Position numbers and translations under genes: made by a program. The notes under the pieces were generated by a model, which saw only the letters and a list, made by a program, of their open reading frames with translations, was not told the DNA's origin and searched no databases. A stretch of DNA of 64,000 bases from an uncultured Pseudomonadales bacterium. Its GTDB lineage: Bacteria > Pseudomonadota > Gammaproteobacteria > Pseudomonadales > UBA7434. Of this stretch, positions 38,883 to 49,068 are shown one piece after another (the stretch's first letter is position 1; every line of letters begins with the position of its first letter). The stretch spans positions 213,343 to 277,342 of the forward strand of contig CALSRU010000005.1 in the NCBI GenBank assembly GCA_943788835.1, in the 5' to 3' direction.

Positions 38883-39926
38883 ATGAATATTAAAATCCTA
38901 GCTAAGAAAAGTTTAGTGGCTCTGACTGAGAGTCGTATATTAGACAAATTCTTTGCGGCTTCAAGAAATAGGCATGTCCCTATTTTTATGCTGCATCGAT
39001 TCGATGATGCCGGCAGAGAAGTGCAGGGGCATTCTATTGATTTCTTGCGGAATGCACTCACGTGGATTCAAGAAAATAATTACAACGTGATATCGCTTGA
39101 CCATCTCATTGATGCTCTAGACGGCGTAGCTGAGTTGCCTGAGCGTGCTGTAGTATTTACAGTCGACGATGGTTTTATTGAGCAGGTTGATCTTGCGGCC
39201 AAAGTATTCGAGGAGTTTGGTTTTCCAGTATCCATATTTTTGATCAGCGATTTTTCTTCCGAAAAATCGTGGCCGTGGGATTACCAAGTCGAATACATAC
39301 TTAATAGAACTCTTCATGAAAAAATAGTTTTTAATGTGGGTGAGGAAACTATAACCATCGCTTTAACCACGCACGATAATAGCCGGCAAGAATCTATCAC
39401 CGCTGTTCAAGACTTACTTAAAGGCTTGACTACTGATCAAGCAATTGAGTATGCCAAAAATCTTGCTCATCTAGCTGAGGTTAAAGTAGAGGAGAGCATT
39501 CCAGCCAGCTATTTTCCAGTTACGTGGGCTAAGGCGCGCGCATCCGAAAGTGATAATGTGCGGTTTGGTCCGCATTCTACCCAGCATGCCATTTTAAAGC
39601 GGCAGTCAAATGAGATAAGCCTTCAGGAGATTGCAGATTCAAAAGCAGCTGTTGAGAAAGAGCTGACCCTTCCGTTAAATATTTTTTGCTACCCCACGGG
39701 CAGAAAAAATATCGACTTTGGTCAGCGAGAAATGGATACGGTTAAAGCGCTGGGTATGCGTGCCGGTTTATCCGTGACGCCCGGTTACGTAGATATACAT
39801 AAGCATGGGTCAGACGAAGATAGATATTGCTTGCCTCGATTTGGTTTTCCAAGTGATATGAATGACTTTATTCAGCTTTGTTCGTGGGTTGAGCTATTCA
39901 AGGAAAAGCTGCGTGGTAATCTTTAG
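38883..39926 (+). CDS. polysaccharide deacetylase (CE4)
   Basis: 347 aa with motifs FTVDDGF, GPHSTQH and FCYPTG. It has the same architecture as the 30309-31336 gene. Confidence 0.8.
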   Translation: MNIKILAKKSLVALTESRILDKFFAASRNRHVPIFMLHRFDDAGREVQGHSIDFLRNALTWIQENNYNVISLDHLIDALDGVAELPERAVVFTVDDGFIEQVDLAAKVFEEFGFPVSIFLISDFSSEKSWPWDYQVEYILNRTLHEKIVFNVGEETITIALTTHDNSRQESITAVQDLLKGLTTDQAIEYAKNLAHLAEVKVEESIPASYFPVTWAKARASESDNVRFGPHSTQHAILKRQSNEISLQEIADSKAAVEKELTLPLNIFCYPTGRKNIDFGQREMDTVKALGMRAGLSVTPGYVDIHKHGSDEDRYCLPRFGFPSDMNDFIQLCSWVELFKEKLRGNL

Positions 39927-41077
39927 TTTAACTTTGCAAATGCACTGCCGAGATGGCTTTCGTTGACATAAGAGTGGGTAGGCATAGTTAATAGGCTTTT
40001 AGAAAACTTCTCGGCATAAGTGAAAGCCTGCTGTGCTAATGCTGCATCGGGCACGTCTTGAATGCCTAATAAAACTTCAGAGTAAAGTGCGGAGGCTCCA
40101 AGCCCACTATCGTTGGCGGCGGCCATAAATCGCTCTCTTTTGCTAGTGTTTTTAAATAACAATGGCATTCGCAACAAGTGTTGATTTTCGTAGGTTGGGC
40201 ATTCATCGTTGAGCATGATGAAATGCGTTGGCTCGATACTATTTTTCGTCAGATCTTTGTTTGAACAAAGGTGTAATGATCGGTTCTGGTATGCGTCTAT
40301 ATTGTTTTTTAAAAAAATGAGTTGGTTGCTATTCATCGTTTCAATGGATGTTAGCGGATGAAACCGTGTCTCACCAAGCTTTATGAAAGGGGTAAGTTCG
40401 AGTAGCCAGTAGGCGTAAGGTGAGATGGCTATGTTATACAGCAAATATTTTGTGCGATTGAAAAGAGATGTGCTTTTGCTAAGACTGGTATTTTTCTCGC
40501 CTACAATATCCGCCACTTTATATTTTTCGCAAGCGGATTTTCTAATGCTAAGCGCACCACCACCCAACACGCACACTGGCTTCCCCTTACCAAAACTATA
40601 AACCACTAAGTCGCCCTCATGCGATGCAAACGCCTCATCACTCTCTGGAAACCACTGACAAGAGTCTTCAATTAATAATGTTGGCATGTCTTGCAGAAGC
40701 TGTTTTATTTCTCTAAAACGCTCGGGAATGCCCAAAAAGTTTACTGCAATAACTGCAACGGTATTTTCATTGAGTGCTTCTTCTATACCATTCAAATCCA
40801 TATAGGGTTTGTCAGGGATAAAATCAACTAGCACCGGCTTCATGTCGTTGTAAAGAATGGCTGATAGCAAATCGGGGCAGCAATAGGCAGGAATAATAAC
40901 TTCAGGCTTTTTAGCCTTGCAATGTTGCTGGGCAATTTGCAGGCCGGCTGCAAGTGCTGCTGTACCTGAATTTAAAAAGTAAGTTTTTAGCGAACCAGGA
41001 AAAACAGGAACCTCATTACTCGTTTTAATAGTAATTGGGTTTCCTACAGGAGGGATGCGGCCAAAAATTTTTCTCAT
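39923..41077 (-). CDS. DegT/DnrJ/EryC1/StrS-family aminotransferase-like protein
   Basis: 384 aa. The N-terminus LNSGTAALAAGLQ is typical. VVYSFGKGKPVCVLGGGAL sits at the position of the PLP-lysine segment of sugar aminotransferases. Confidence 0.65.
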   Translation of the reverse strand: MRKIFGRIPPVGNPITIKTSNEVPVFPGSLKTYFLNSGTAALAAGLQIAQQHCKAKKPEVIIPAYCCPDLLSAILYNDMKPVLVDFIPDKPYMDLNGIEEALNENTVAVIAVNFLGIPERFREIKQLLQDMPTLLIEDSCQWFPESDEAFASHEGDLVVYSFGKGKPVCVLGGGALSIRKSACEKYKVADIVGEKNTSLSKSTSLFNRTKYLLYNIAISPYAYWLLELTPFIKLGETRFHPLTSIETMNSNQLIFLKNNIDAYQNRSLHLCSNKDLTKNSIEPTHFIMLNDECPTYENQHLLRMPLLFKNTSKRERFMAAANDSGLGASALYSEVLLGIQDVPDAALAQQAFTYAEKFSKSLLTMPTHSYVNESHLGSAFAKLN

Positions 41078-41103
41078 GCCTTACGTAGCCAACAGTGATT
41101 GCG

Positions 41104-42237
41104 TTAACGTTGAGAGGGCGACCATACGGTCATCCGTGTGCCGGTTATGTATTTTACCGTGGCATGGGCAATAGAGATATTCACCTGCACAAAGAAAAAT
41201 ATAATTTTGGCCAGCCCGTTGTTGCGCAGGGTGTCAATTTTCCATGCAAAAAAGGCAATGCCATAAAAAACCAATTGCCCCAAGCATAGTAAGGCATAAA
41301 ACCAATGTTGTGCGCACAATGCTATTGAGAGCAGGGCGGTACTTAATAAAAACCAAGGCACTAGCCAGCGCATAACTTTGTGGCTCCATACCTGAAAAGC
41401 AAACAATCCGTGTTTGAACACGTTGAGTGAGTCGAGGTGACGCATAAGTGCGGTGATACCGCGCAGCACCGTTCTCACTTTGCGGTTATATTCTTTTTGA
41501 GGGTCTTTCAAATCTTTATAAAACCCCAGCACGCGGTCGCTGCTGATAGCGATTTTGCCGTGTGCGTTGCATTGCAAAGCGGTGTTGAAGTCACTCGGTG
41601 AGCGTGTGTCCCACTGGTCGCAAATTTCACGGCGGGCGGCGAAAAAAGACCCGCTAAGCCCAATTAGCCCGGCCCGCTCTGACTCAAGTTGGCGCAGCCA
41701 CATTTCATACTTAACATACAAACCTTCACCGGCAATATCGCCTGAGTCTGCAATGAAGCGGTCTTCGCTAGATACCGCACCAACGTGTGCGTCGCTAAAC
41801 AGCGCAACGAGGTTTTGGAGTGCGTCGGTTTCCATTTGTGTGGCCACATCAGAAAAAACGATGAGTTCGTTATGGCTGGCTTTAATAGCGCAAAGCTGAG
41901 CATGTTCTTTGCCGTCGTGTTCGGTGACGTCTACCAGCTGCACGCTGCGATGGGCATAGCTCTCGACAATGGCATTGGTGGCATCGGTAGAGCCGTCGGA
42001 GGCCACAATAATAGTGAGTTTGTCGCGAGGGTAATCCAGCAGTAAGGCATTCTCAATTTTTTCTTGGATACGGCTCGCTTCATTGTGCGCCGTGATAATC
42101 AAATCGACCGTGGGAACAAAGTCGTGACTTGCGGTGGTGGCTAGCAAATGCCGTTTGGGTACAAAAGCGAGTATGAGCGGGTAAAGAGCGTAGCTGTAAA
42201 TTGCACCGATGATGCAAATAATGAGTAAATATTCCAT
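41104..42237 (-). CDS. glycosyltransferase family 2, membrane-anchored
   Basis: 377 aa with an N-terminal TM helix. The GT-A motifs are VDLIITAHNEASRI and IVASDGSTDAT. Three to four TM helices lie at the C-terminus. Confidence 0.8.
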   Translation of the reverse strand: MEYLLIICIIGAIYSYALYPLILAFVPKRHLLATTASHDFVPTVDLIITAHNEASRIQEKIENALLLDYPRDKLTIIVASDGSTDATNAIVESYAHRSVQLVDVTEHDGKEHAQLCAIKASHNELIVFSDVATQMETDALQNLVALFSDAHVGAVSSEDRFIADSGDIAGEGLYVKYEMWLRQLESERAGLIGLSGSFFAARREICDQWDTRSPSDFNTALQCNAHGKIAISSDRVLGFYKDLKDPQKEYNRKVRTVLRGITALMRHLDSLNVFKHGLFAFQVWSHKVMRWLVPWFLLSTALLSIALCAQHWFYALLCLGQLVFYGIAFFAWKIDTLRNNGLAKIIFFFVQVNISIAHATVKYITGTRMTVWSPSQR

Positions 42238-42431
42238 GGGGTGATGAAGATCCTGTCGGTGCTTTTTGAGTCCGATCTAAAATTAGTCTGCTTAGTAGCA
42301 TAGTAGCTTAGGCGCAAGGCTCGCTCCATAAGCGCAGTGTAGGTTAGTATATTAATCAGTGTAGATGATGCGAGTCCTCTCTATAATGATTACGGGATTT
42401 TCCCCATTTTTAACTGATAGGGTTATCACTT

Positions 42432-43595
42432 TTGCCTGCAGGACAGTCCAACGTATCGAGCCCCCAGCCATCCCGGAGAGCGACGGCACAAGCACCATTG
42501 AGCGTGTTGCAAGTTGCATCGGGTGATTTGTGGGCGGGCGCAGAGGTACAGTTGTTTAATCTGTGTCAGCAGTTAAACCTGAGTGAAGATGTCCAATTAC
42601 ATGTGGTATTGCTCAATGAGGGCCAGCTGGCCAGCCGATTGCGCGATATTCAGGTGGCGGTGACTGTTTTTGACGAGGGCCGTTTATCTTTTGCTCAAAT
42701 TTATAGTCGACTGGTTGCTCATTGCACACAACTGCGGCCCGATATTCTGCATTCTCACCGACAAAAAGAAAATGTATTGGCGGCACTGTGCGGGTTGCGC
42801 ACCCAAACGCCATCGGTTCGAACGGCGCATGGTGCCTCTGAATTCAACTTTGGCCGATTTTCCCCCCGTAATTTTGTAGCGCTGCTAGATCGATGGGTGG
42901 GGCGTTTCATGCAGCGTCGCGTGGTGGCCGTGAGCGATGATTTGGCGCAAAAGCTGGCCCAGTATTATCCGCTTAAGCATATTGAGGTAATACGCAATGG
43001 CATCGCTTTGAGTGAGCCCGTTGCCGATGCTCCCATCAGTTTGCCAGCTGGGCACATTCATATTGGCATTGTGGGCCGTTTGGTGCCTGTTAAGCGTATC
43101 GACCTGTTTCTCGACACGGCGGCTGCATTGCTGTCTGACAAACCAGAGAAAAACTTTCGGTTTTGGATTATTGGCGATGGTCCATTGCGCGCGGCCAGCG
43201 AAGCAAAGGCGCAATCGTTAGGTATTGCTGAGCATGTTGAGTTTGTAGGTCATGTGCCATCGGCAATGCCGTATTTGCAGTCGCTCGATTTACTTGTGAT
43301 GTGTTCTGACCATGAAGGCACGCCCATGACGCTGCTGGAGGCTATGCGCTGCGAATTACCTATTGTTGCTCACAATGTGGGAGGGTTAAAAGAATTACTC
43401 AATGCTGGCGATTGTGGCTATCTGGTGGGCGAGCAATCCCCAGTGTTATATGCGCAAGCAATCTGCACGGTTATTGAATCTAAAGACTTACAGCAGCGGT
43501 ATGTGAGTAAAGCGTTGCAGCGTTTAGCCGGTGGTTATGCTGCTGAGAAAAATAGCGCCGCCTATTTGAACCTTTACAAATCAGTCTGTCGATAG
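42432..43595 (+). CDS. glycosyltransferase family 4
   Basis: 387 aa from a TTG start (start uncertain). The N-terminal part is VLQVASGDLWAGAEV. The GT4 motif is SDHEGTPMTLLEAMRCELPIVAHNVGGLKELL. Confidence 0.8.
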   Translation: MPAGQSNVSSPQPSRRATAQAPLSVLQVASGDLWAGAEVQLFNLCQQLNLSEDVQLHVVLLNEGQLASRLRDIQVAVTVFDEGRLSFAQIYSRLVAHCTQLRPDILHSHRQKENVLAALCGLRTQTPSVRTAHGASEFNFGRFSPRNFVALLDRWVGRFMQRRVVAVSDDLAQKLAQYYPLKHIEVIRNGIALSEPVADAPISLPAGHIHIGIVGRLVPVKRIDLFLDTAAALLSDKPEKNFRFWIIGDGPLRAASEAKAQSLGIAEHVEFVGHVPSAMPYLQSLDLLVMCSDHEGTPMTLLEAMRCELPIVAHNVGGLKELLNAGDCGYLVGEQSPVLYAQAICTVIESKDLQQRYVSKALQRLAGGYAAEKNSAAYLNLYKSVCR

Positions 43596-43797
43596 TTGCG
43601 AACATACAAAATAGATGTGCGTTAGCCTATTCGCATGAGGGCAATGGAGCAATGAGGCGCAGAAAAGCCCACAATAAATAACGAGTTAAAAAGGGCTATT
43701 TGTCGTTTGTTGGCTAAGTTTTTTTGGCTAGGGCTTTTTGCACAGAGCTGCTTGAACAGCACTGCCTGACTAGAGTTGCTTGCCTACAACTAGCTAG

Positions 43798-44640
43798 TTA
43801 GAGCAAAGATTTTGCACGCAACACATTGGCAACGGTCGTAAATTCAAAATCAGCTAGCAGTTGTTCTAAGCGCTGCTCACATACCTCTAAATTATTGTAG
43901 TGCCGGAACTTCGATAGCCCAGTGGCCGCTAATTTGGGTTGCTCGGGGTCTATTTCCCATGGATGCAAATAAAACACAAAGGGCTGCTTTTGTGCTGTGT
44001 TCACGCGCTGCAAACCCCAGCGACTAAACCAGTAAGGAAACAACCTAAAATACCCGCCACCGGCAATAGGCAGTTTGTAGCCGGCAAGTTTTAATGCGGT
44101 GATAGGGAACTCAGTGATCTTGTGCCCGGCTGGGGTGGTAAGCGTATGTGGCACTTCCACCGCATCAGGAATGCCGTAGCGGTCGTGCTTCACCGGAAAA
44201 ATACTTGAGTCATACGTAAAGCCGGCTTCAGCAATCGTATCGAGCGCCCATAGCGATTTTTTGGTAATGGAATAACTGGCCGCTCGATAGCCGTTAACGG
44301 CTACGCCACTAATATCTTCTAACAGTTTTTTGCTACGAATCGTTTCTTCTCTAAATACTTCGGGCGTTTGGTTGTAAATTAATTGATGGCTATAGCCGTG
44401 GCTGGCAAGCTCATGCCCAGCTGCCACAATTTTGTTAACTACCTGCGGGCATTTTTCGGCAATCCAACCCAATACAAAAAAGGTGCCTTTAATTGAATGT
44501 TCATCAAAGCGCTGCAATATTTTATCGGTATTGCGTTCAACGCGCAGCTCAAAATCATCCCAGCTTTTAGTGGGCGCCCAATTGGCTAGTGCCGCAACTT
44601 GAAAGTAGTCTTCGACATCAATGGTGATGGCATTTTGCAT
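43798..44640 (-). CDS. polysaccharide deacetylase, PEP-CTERM-locus subfamily
   Basis: 280 aa. The N-terminus MQNAITIDVEDYFQV and the segments GHELASHGYSH and YLHPWE match the deacetylase subfamily that accompanies exosortase-A loci. It lies directly downstream of prsT. Confidence 0.85.
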   Translation of the reverse strand: MQNAITIDVEDYFQVAALANWAPTKSWDDFELRVERNTDKILQRFDEHSIKGTFFVLGWIAEKCPQVVNKIVAAGHELASHGYSHQLIYNQTPEVFREETIRSKKLLEDISGVAVNGYRAASYSITKKSLWALDTIAEAGFTYDSSIFPVKHDRYGIPDAVEVPHTLTTPAGHKITEFPITALKLAGYKLPIAGGGYFRLFPYWFSRWGLQRVNTAQKQPFVFYLHPWEIDPEQPKLAATGLSKFRHYNNLEVCEQRLEQLLADFEFTTVANVLRAKSLL

Positions 44641-44745
44641 AGCAGTCCGTTATCAGTGGTTCAGTATTTATTAGCTCATTGTAGCGATGCGTCTTTCCAT
44701 TGCGCGCAACGCTAAAAAGGTCGATGCCTTGGAAGGCAGCCTATT

Positions 44746-47463
44746 TTAAGCGCCCTTTTTTGCCTCGCTCAAATGTGCCGCTATCTCGGCGTTGCTGCTA
44801 TCGAGCTGAACGGCTCGTTCTAGCATTTTAATAGCCTGCTCGCGCTCTCCATTTTGATAAAGAATCCAACCATAGGTATCAGCCACGGCTGCCGTGTCAG
44901 GCGCCAACTGGTAAGCCTTAGCCGCTATCGATGCCGCACGCGCATCGCCTACCTGCTGGTAAGCCCAAGCCAGATTGTTCAGGTTGGTCACGTTATCGGG
45001 GGTATTTTCACGAATTCTTTCTAGCAAGGGAATGGCTTGGTTAAAATCGCCGGCAACTAACAGGTCACGTGAGCGCAAAGCCGCTGCAGCACGGCTAGAA
45101 GGGTTGGCCGTTAGCCACTGCTGTAAAAATGTTGCGGCTTTGGGTGCATTGGTTTTGTTTAGCAATGCATAAAGCCTCTTACTGAGTAATTCGTTGGGTC
45201 GAATTTCCCAGACTTGTGAGTAGGCATCAATGGCGTTGTCGATTTCTGCTTTGGCGGTGAAAAGGTCGCCGGCCAGCTGCAGGCTAAGGGGCTCATTCAG
45301 CTTGCTGATTTGTGCAACGAGCTTTTCAGCTTCCGAATACTGCTCATTAATTATTTCAATTTCAGTCAGCATTGATAAAAGTCGCAGCGCCTTAGGCCTG
45401 AGACGCAGAGCGGCGAATATCTTATCTTTGGCCTGCGCATATTGCGCATTATCAAAGCTACGATTGGCGCTGGCGTAATACACATTTAACTGGGTACGCT
45501 CCAGTAGGGCTGGATCGATAATTTGGTCATTTAATTGGTCAAGATAGTTTTCTGCTTTATCGATATCACCTACGGATGAAAAATAGGCGGCTAGCACCGC
45601 AATGCCGGCCCCCGTGTTTTCGTCATTGGCCAGTGTTTCAATACGGTTGACAGCAGCGGCGACTTGTTCAGTGTTCTGCGCACCTCGCAACATACCTTCA
45701 TACGCTCTAGTTTGCTGAGGCTCTATTGACGCAGCCTGACTATAGGCGTTGAGTACGCCGGCATAATCCACTTGTTTGAGCTGCGCAATAGCGGCGAGTT
45801 GCAAGGCTATCCGATAATTTTGCGGGTCGCTCTTAAGCGCAGCTTCATAGAAGTCTGTGGCTTTCACGTAATCTTGCTGTGTGGCATAAAACCCCCCAGC
45901 CAGTTGCAATGATACTGCATCTCGCTGGCGTTTCCTGAGTTGTTCGGTGATCAGTTGTTCGGCTTCGGCAATTTCACCCACGCGTATCAGTTGCTCCGCG
46001 AGGCGAGTTAAAAGTGCGGGGTCGCTGTTATCGTGCACATACGCTGCACGCAAATACGCTAAGGCCTTGATCGGCTCTGGGGGGCTTTTCTCATCGTAAT
46101 AGCTGGCCAGCGTTGAGTAGGCTGGAATGATGGAAGGTTCAAGCTCAATAGCGCGCTCTAAGGCATTAATGCCTTTGCTTGTATCACCCTTCATTAGCGC
46201 AGATTGACCATAAATAGCTAACAACTTAGCGTCATTGTTAGTGTCAGGAAAGTCCTCAAGCATATCCATAACTTGCTGTGGCCGGTTTGAGCGCAAGTTC
46301 GACAATGCCGCTAGGCGAGTGATTTCGGGGTGGACTAGTTCAGGGTCAATAGTTTCATTGAGATAATCTGATGCAGTATCAAAATCACCCTGCTGGTATT
46401 GGATAATCGCCAGCAGCATCCCAGCATTTTCAAAATTGGGAAACTCTTCTAAGAGCTGACTTAACACTTCACTTGCCTCTTCCAATTCACCCAACTGATA
46501 AGCTTTTAGGGCTTCACGATATTGTTCTTGGGCCACTTCGAAGCCTGGGAAGGCCTCAGCCAGTATCTGTGTGTAAATTAAGGCCTCAGCCGATCGGCCC
46601 TGCTTAACTAAAACTTCTGCAAGTGCGCTGAGGATGGTGGCCTTTTCAGGGGTGATGGTGTCACTGTTGGTCACTTTGATGAGCGCATCGGACAAGTGAT
46701 CTTCTGCTGTAGAAAATTCCAGCCGGGCAATTGCGATTTTTGCTTGTAGCAGGCCAATATCAATATTATTAGAATCGAGTTCATCGGCTTTTAGCAACAA
46801 ACTTTCAGCTGTTTCAAGCTCATTGGCAAGAATTGCGGTATCGGCCAGTCCAAGCAGCGCTTGTTGATTGGTTGCGTCTTGATTCGATAAGATTTGATAA
46901 ATTTCTCGAGCTTGATCAACTTCCTTCAAACCAATGTGCGCGCGTGCTTTTAATAGTTTTGCTTGAACGGGCTGTGCGTCACTAAAGCTAGAATTAGTGT
47001 CCAGTTCGGTCATAGCCGTCGCAAATTTGCCGCGACCTAACAGTGCCTCCAGAAGTATGACGGTATACTTATCGTTATTGGTTTGCTCAGGCGCCTGATC
47101 TAACACCGCCAAAGCGCTTTTGTACTGGCCTAAATCGACGAGAATTTTGGCCATCAAAATAAAACCTTTTGCTTGCTCAGGCGCTTTTTGGATGACATTT
47201 CTTGCTTCAATGTTTGCGGCGCGATATTGCCCCGATTTTAAATAGGAGTTGGCTTGCTTTACATGAATATCGACTAGCTCAGCGCGGCGTTCATTGGAGG
47301 GCTCGCATGCCACTAAAAAAATTGCACTTAAACAAAGCAGGCTCCAACGCTGAATTGGTCTATTTACCTTGAAGCGCCAAGCGATAAGAAAAAAGTCCGA
47401 AACTCGTATGATAAGGCGACCGCAGATTGCATTAGGTTTTTCAAGAGCGTTAGGGCGGAACAT
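44746..47463 (-). CDS. prsT: PEP-CTERM-system TPR-repeat lipoprotein
   Basis: About 900 aa of TPR repeats throughout. The lipobox is LSAIFLVAC. It sits next to prsR/prsK. The start is uncertain: the track ORF starts at 47508, I give Met16 at 47463, and the signal peptide begins even later. Confidence 0.8.
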   Translation of the reverse strand: MFRPNALEKPNAICGRLIIRVSDFFLIAWRFKVNRPIQRWSLLCLSAIFLVACEPSNERRAELVDIHVKQANSYLKSGQYRAANIEARNVIQKAPEQAKGFILMAKILVDLGQYKSALAVLDQAPEQTNNDKYTVILLEALLGRGKFATAMTELDTNSSFSDAQPVQAKLLKARAHIGLKEVDQAREIYQILSNQDATNQQALLGLADTAILANELETAESLLLKADELDSNNIDIGLLQAKIAIARLEFSTAEDHLSDALIKVTNSDTITPEKATILSALAEVLVKQGRSAEALIYTQILAEAFPGFEVAQEQYREALKAYQLGELEEASEVLSQLLEEFPNFENAGMLLAIIQYQQGDFDTASDYLNETIDPELVHPEITRLAALSNLRSNRPQQVMDMLEDFPDTNNDAKLLAIYGQSALMKGDTSKGINALERAIELEPSIIPAYSTLASYYDEKSPPEPIKALAYLRAAYVHDNSDPALLTRLAEQLIRVGEIAEAEQLITEQLRKRQRDAVSLQLAGGFYATQQDYVKATDFYEAALKSDPQNYRIALQLAAIAQLKQVDYAGVLNAYSQAASIEPQQTRAYEGMLRGAQNTEQVAAAVNRIETLANDENTGAGIAVLAAYFSSVGDIDKAENYLDQLNDQIIDPALLERTQLNVYYASANRSFDNAQYAQAKDKIFAALRLRPKALRLLSMLTEIEIINEQYSEAEKLVAQISKLNEPLSLQLAGDLFTAKAEIDNAIDAYSQVWEIRPNELLSKRLYALLNKTNAPKAATFLQQWLTANPSSRAAAALRSRDLLVAGDFNQAIPLLERIRENTPDNVTNLNNLAWAYQQVGDARAASIAAKAYQLAPDTAAVADTYGWILYQNGEREQAIKMLERAVQLDSSNAEIAAHLSEAKKGA

Positions 47464-47530
47464 ATGTTCATCTCTTATTTGTCTGATTAAATAGGGTTTA
47501 CTTAACACGGTTTATTTGGTGGTTCCGTTT

Positions 47531-48904
47531 TTAATCGTTAGATAGATCATACTTATTCATTAAATCGTATAGCGTTGGGCGAGTGACTCCTAGCAGCTTG
47601 GCGCAAGCCGACATGTTTCCGTCAGCAATAGCCAGTGCAGTTTTAATGGCGCCCTTTTCGGCGTTTTGTCTGACGGTACGCAAATTAATAGATAATTCAT
47701 CATCTTCAACTAAACCTAAGTCCAGCGCATCTATCTTTTTCCCTTCAGCCATAATGACCGCGCGTTTTATTTTGTTTTCAAGCTCGCGAATATTCCCTGG
47801 CCATTCATAGGACTCTATGGCGGTAGCAGCTGCTGGCGTAAAGTCAGTAATTTTTTTATTATGTTCTCGAGAAAATCTTTCGAGCATAAAGCGAGCCAGT
47901 AATATTTTATCGCCTTGGCGCTCACGCAGTGGCGGGATATCGACAATGATTTCGCTAATGCGATAAAATAAATCTTCTCTAAAAGTGTTGTCTTTCACCA
48001 TGGCTTGCAAATCTTTATTAGTGGCGCACACCACTCGTACATCTACCGGTATTTCTTTGCGACCGCCCACGCGCTCGATAACGCGCTCTTGCAAAAAGCG
48101 CAGCAGTTTCGATTGAGCGGGCAAGGGCATGTCGCCAATTTCATCAAGAAATAGTGTGCCGCCTTCGGCTGTTTCAATCTTACCTAACGTTTGTTTGTTG
48201 GCGCCCGTAAAGGCACCTTTTTCGTAGCCAAAAAGCTCGCTTTCAATTAACGTTTCGGGTACTGCTGCGCAGTTGATGGCTACAAATAAATTATCTTTGT
48301 ATTCGCTCAAGTTATGAATGGCTCGGGCAAATACTTCCTTGCCAGTGCCACTTTCACCCAGTAGCAGTGTGGTGACGTTGGTGGGTGCAATTTTTTCGAT
48401 CGAGCGGCACAGCTTGACCATCATGGGGTTACTGGCAACGATACCTTCAAGTGGAGATTTGCCTTCTTCTTGTTGTTTGCGCAGTTCGTGCTCAAGCCGA
48501 GCCATTTGAAATGCGCGTTGTACAATGAGGTCTAGCACCTGAGTGTTAACAGGTTTTTGATAAAAATCGTAGGCACCCATGCTAACCGCACGTAAGGCAT
48601 TGTCGAAATCCGCATGTCCGGTTACTACAACTACTTTAACGCTTGGGTCTATAGCTAGGCTTTCTTGCAATGTTGCAAAACCTTCTTCCACGCCTTCTTC
48701 ATCTGGGGGTAGGCCTAAATCTTGTAAAACTACCGCGGGTTGTTCGCGGCGCAATGCGGCCAGCGCATCGGCTCGATTTGAAGCAACCACTACATTGTAT
48801 TCTTCATAGTGCCAGCGCAACTGGCTTTGCAGGCCAACATCATCCTCGACAATCAGTAGTGTTTGTTTCTCATCGCCCACTTGGTCTAAAAATTTATCGT
48901 TCAT
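47531..48904 (-). CDS. prsR: sigma54-dependent response regulator (PEP-CTERM-box regulator type)
   Basis: 457 aa. The REC domain has LLIVEDD and VLQDLGLP. The AAA+ sigma54-interaction domain has GESGTGKE, GAFTGA and LDEIGDM. The C-terminal Fis-type HTH is LLGVTRPTLYDLMNKY. Confidence 0.88.
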   Translation of the reverse strand: MNDKFLDQVGDEKQTLLIVEDDVGLQSQLRWHYEEYNVVVASNRADALAALRREQPAVVLQDLGLPPDEEGVEEGFATLQESLAIDPSVKVVVVTGHADFDNALRAVSMGAYDFYQKPVNTQVLDLIVQRAFQMARLEHELRKQQEEGKSPLEGIVASNPMMVKLCRSIEKIAPTNVTTLLLGESGTGKEVFARAIHNLSEYKDNLFVAINCAAVPETLIESELFGYEKGAFTGANKQTLGKIETAEGGTLFLDEIGDMPLPAQSKLLRFLQERVIERVGGRKEIPVDVRVVCATNKDLQAMVKDNTFREDLFYRISEIIVDIPPLRERQGDKILLARFMLERFSREHNKKITDFTPAAATAIESYEWPGNIRELENKIKRAVIMAEGKKIDALDLGLVEDDELSINLRTVRQNAEKGAIKTALAIADGNMSACAKLLGVTRPTLYDLMNKYDLSND

Positions 48905-48993
48905 AGTTGTCTGTCTGTTGGCCTGTTGTTGCGTGTCAATGGGGTTAATGGCGTGTCAGGTTATGGTCATATCATCACAGCATTATTTTGATC

Positions 48994-49020
48994 AGTGCTT
49001 TTAGTGCTTTTAATGCTTTC
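48994..49020. repeat. three tandem 9-mers in the prsK-prsR spacer
   Basis: AGTGCTTTT AGTGCTTTT AATGCTTTC, read directly from the sequence. It lies between the prsK stop (49069) and the prsR start (48904). Confidence 0.9.
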
Positions 49021-49068
49021 AGTAGTTGATGGTGCGCTGCAAATAATCCAGATACTGCTTTAGCCAGT

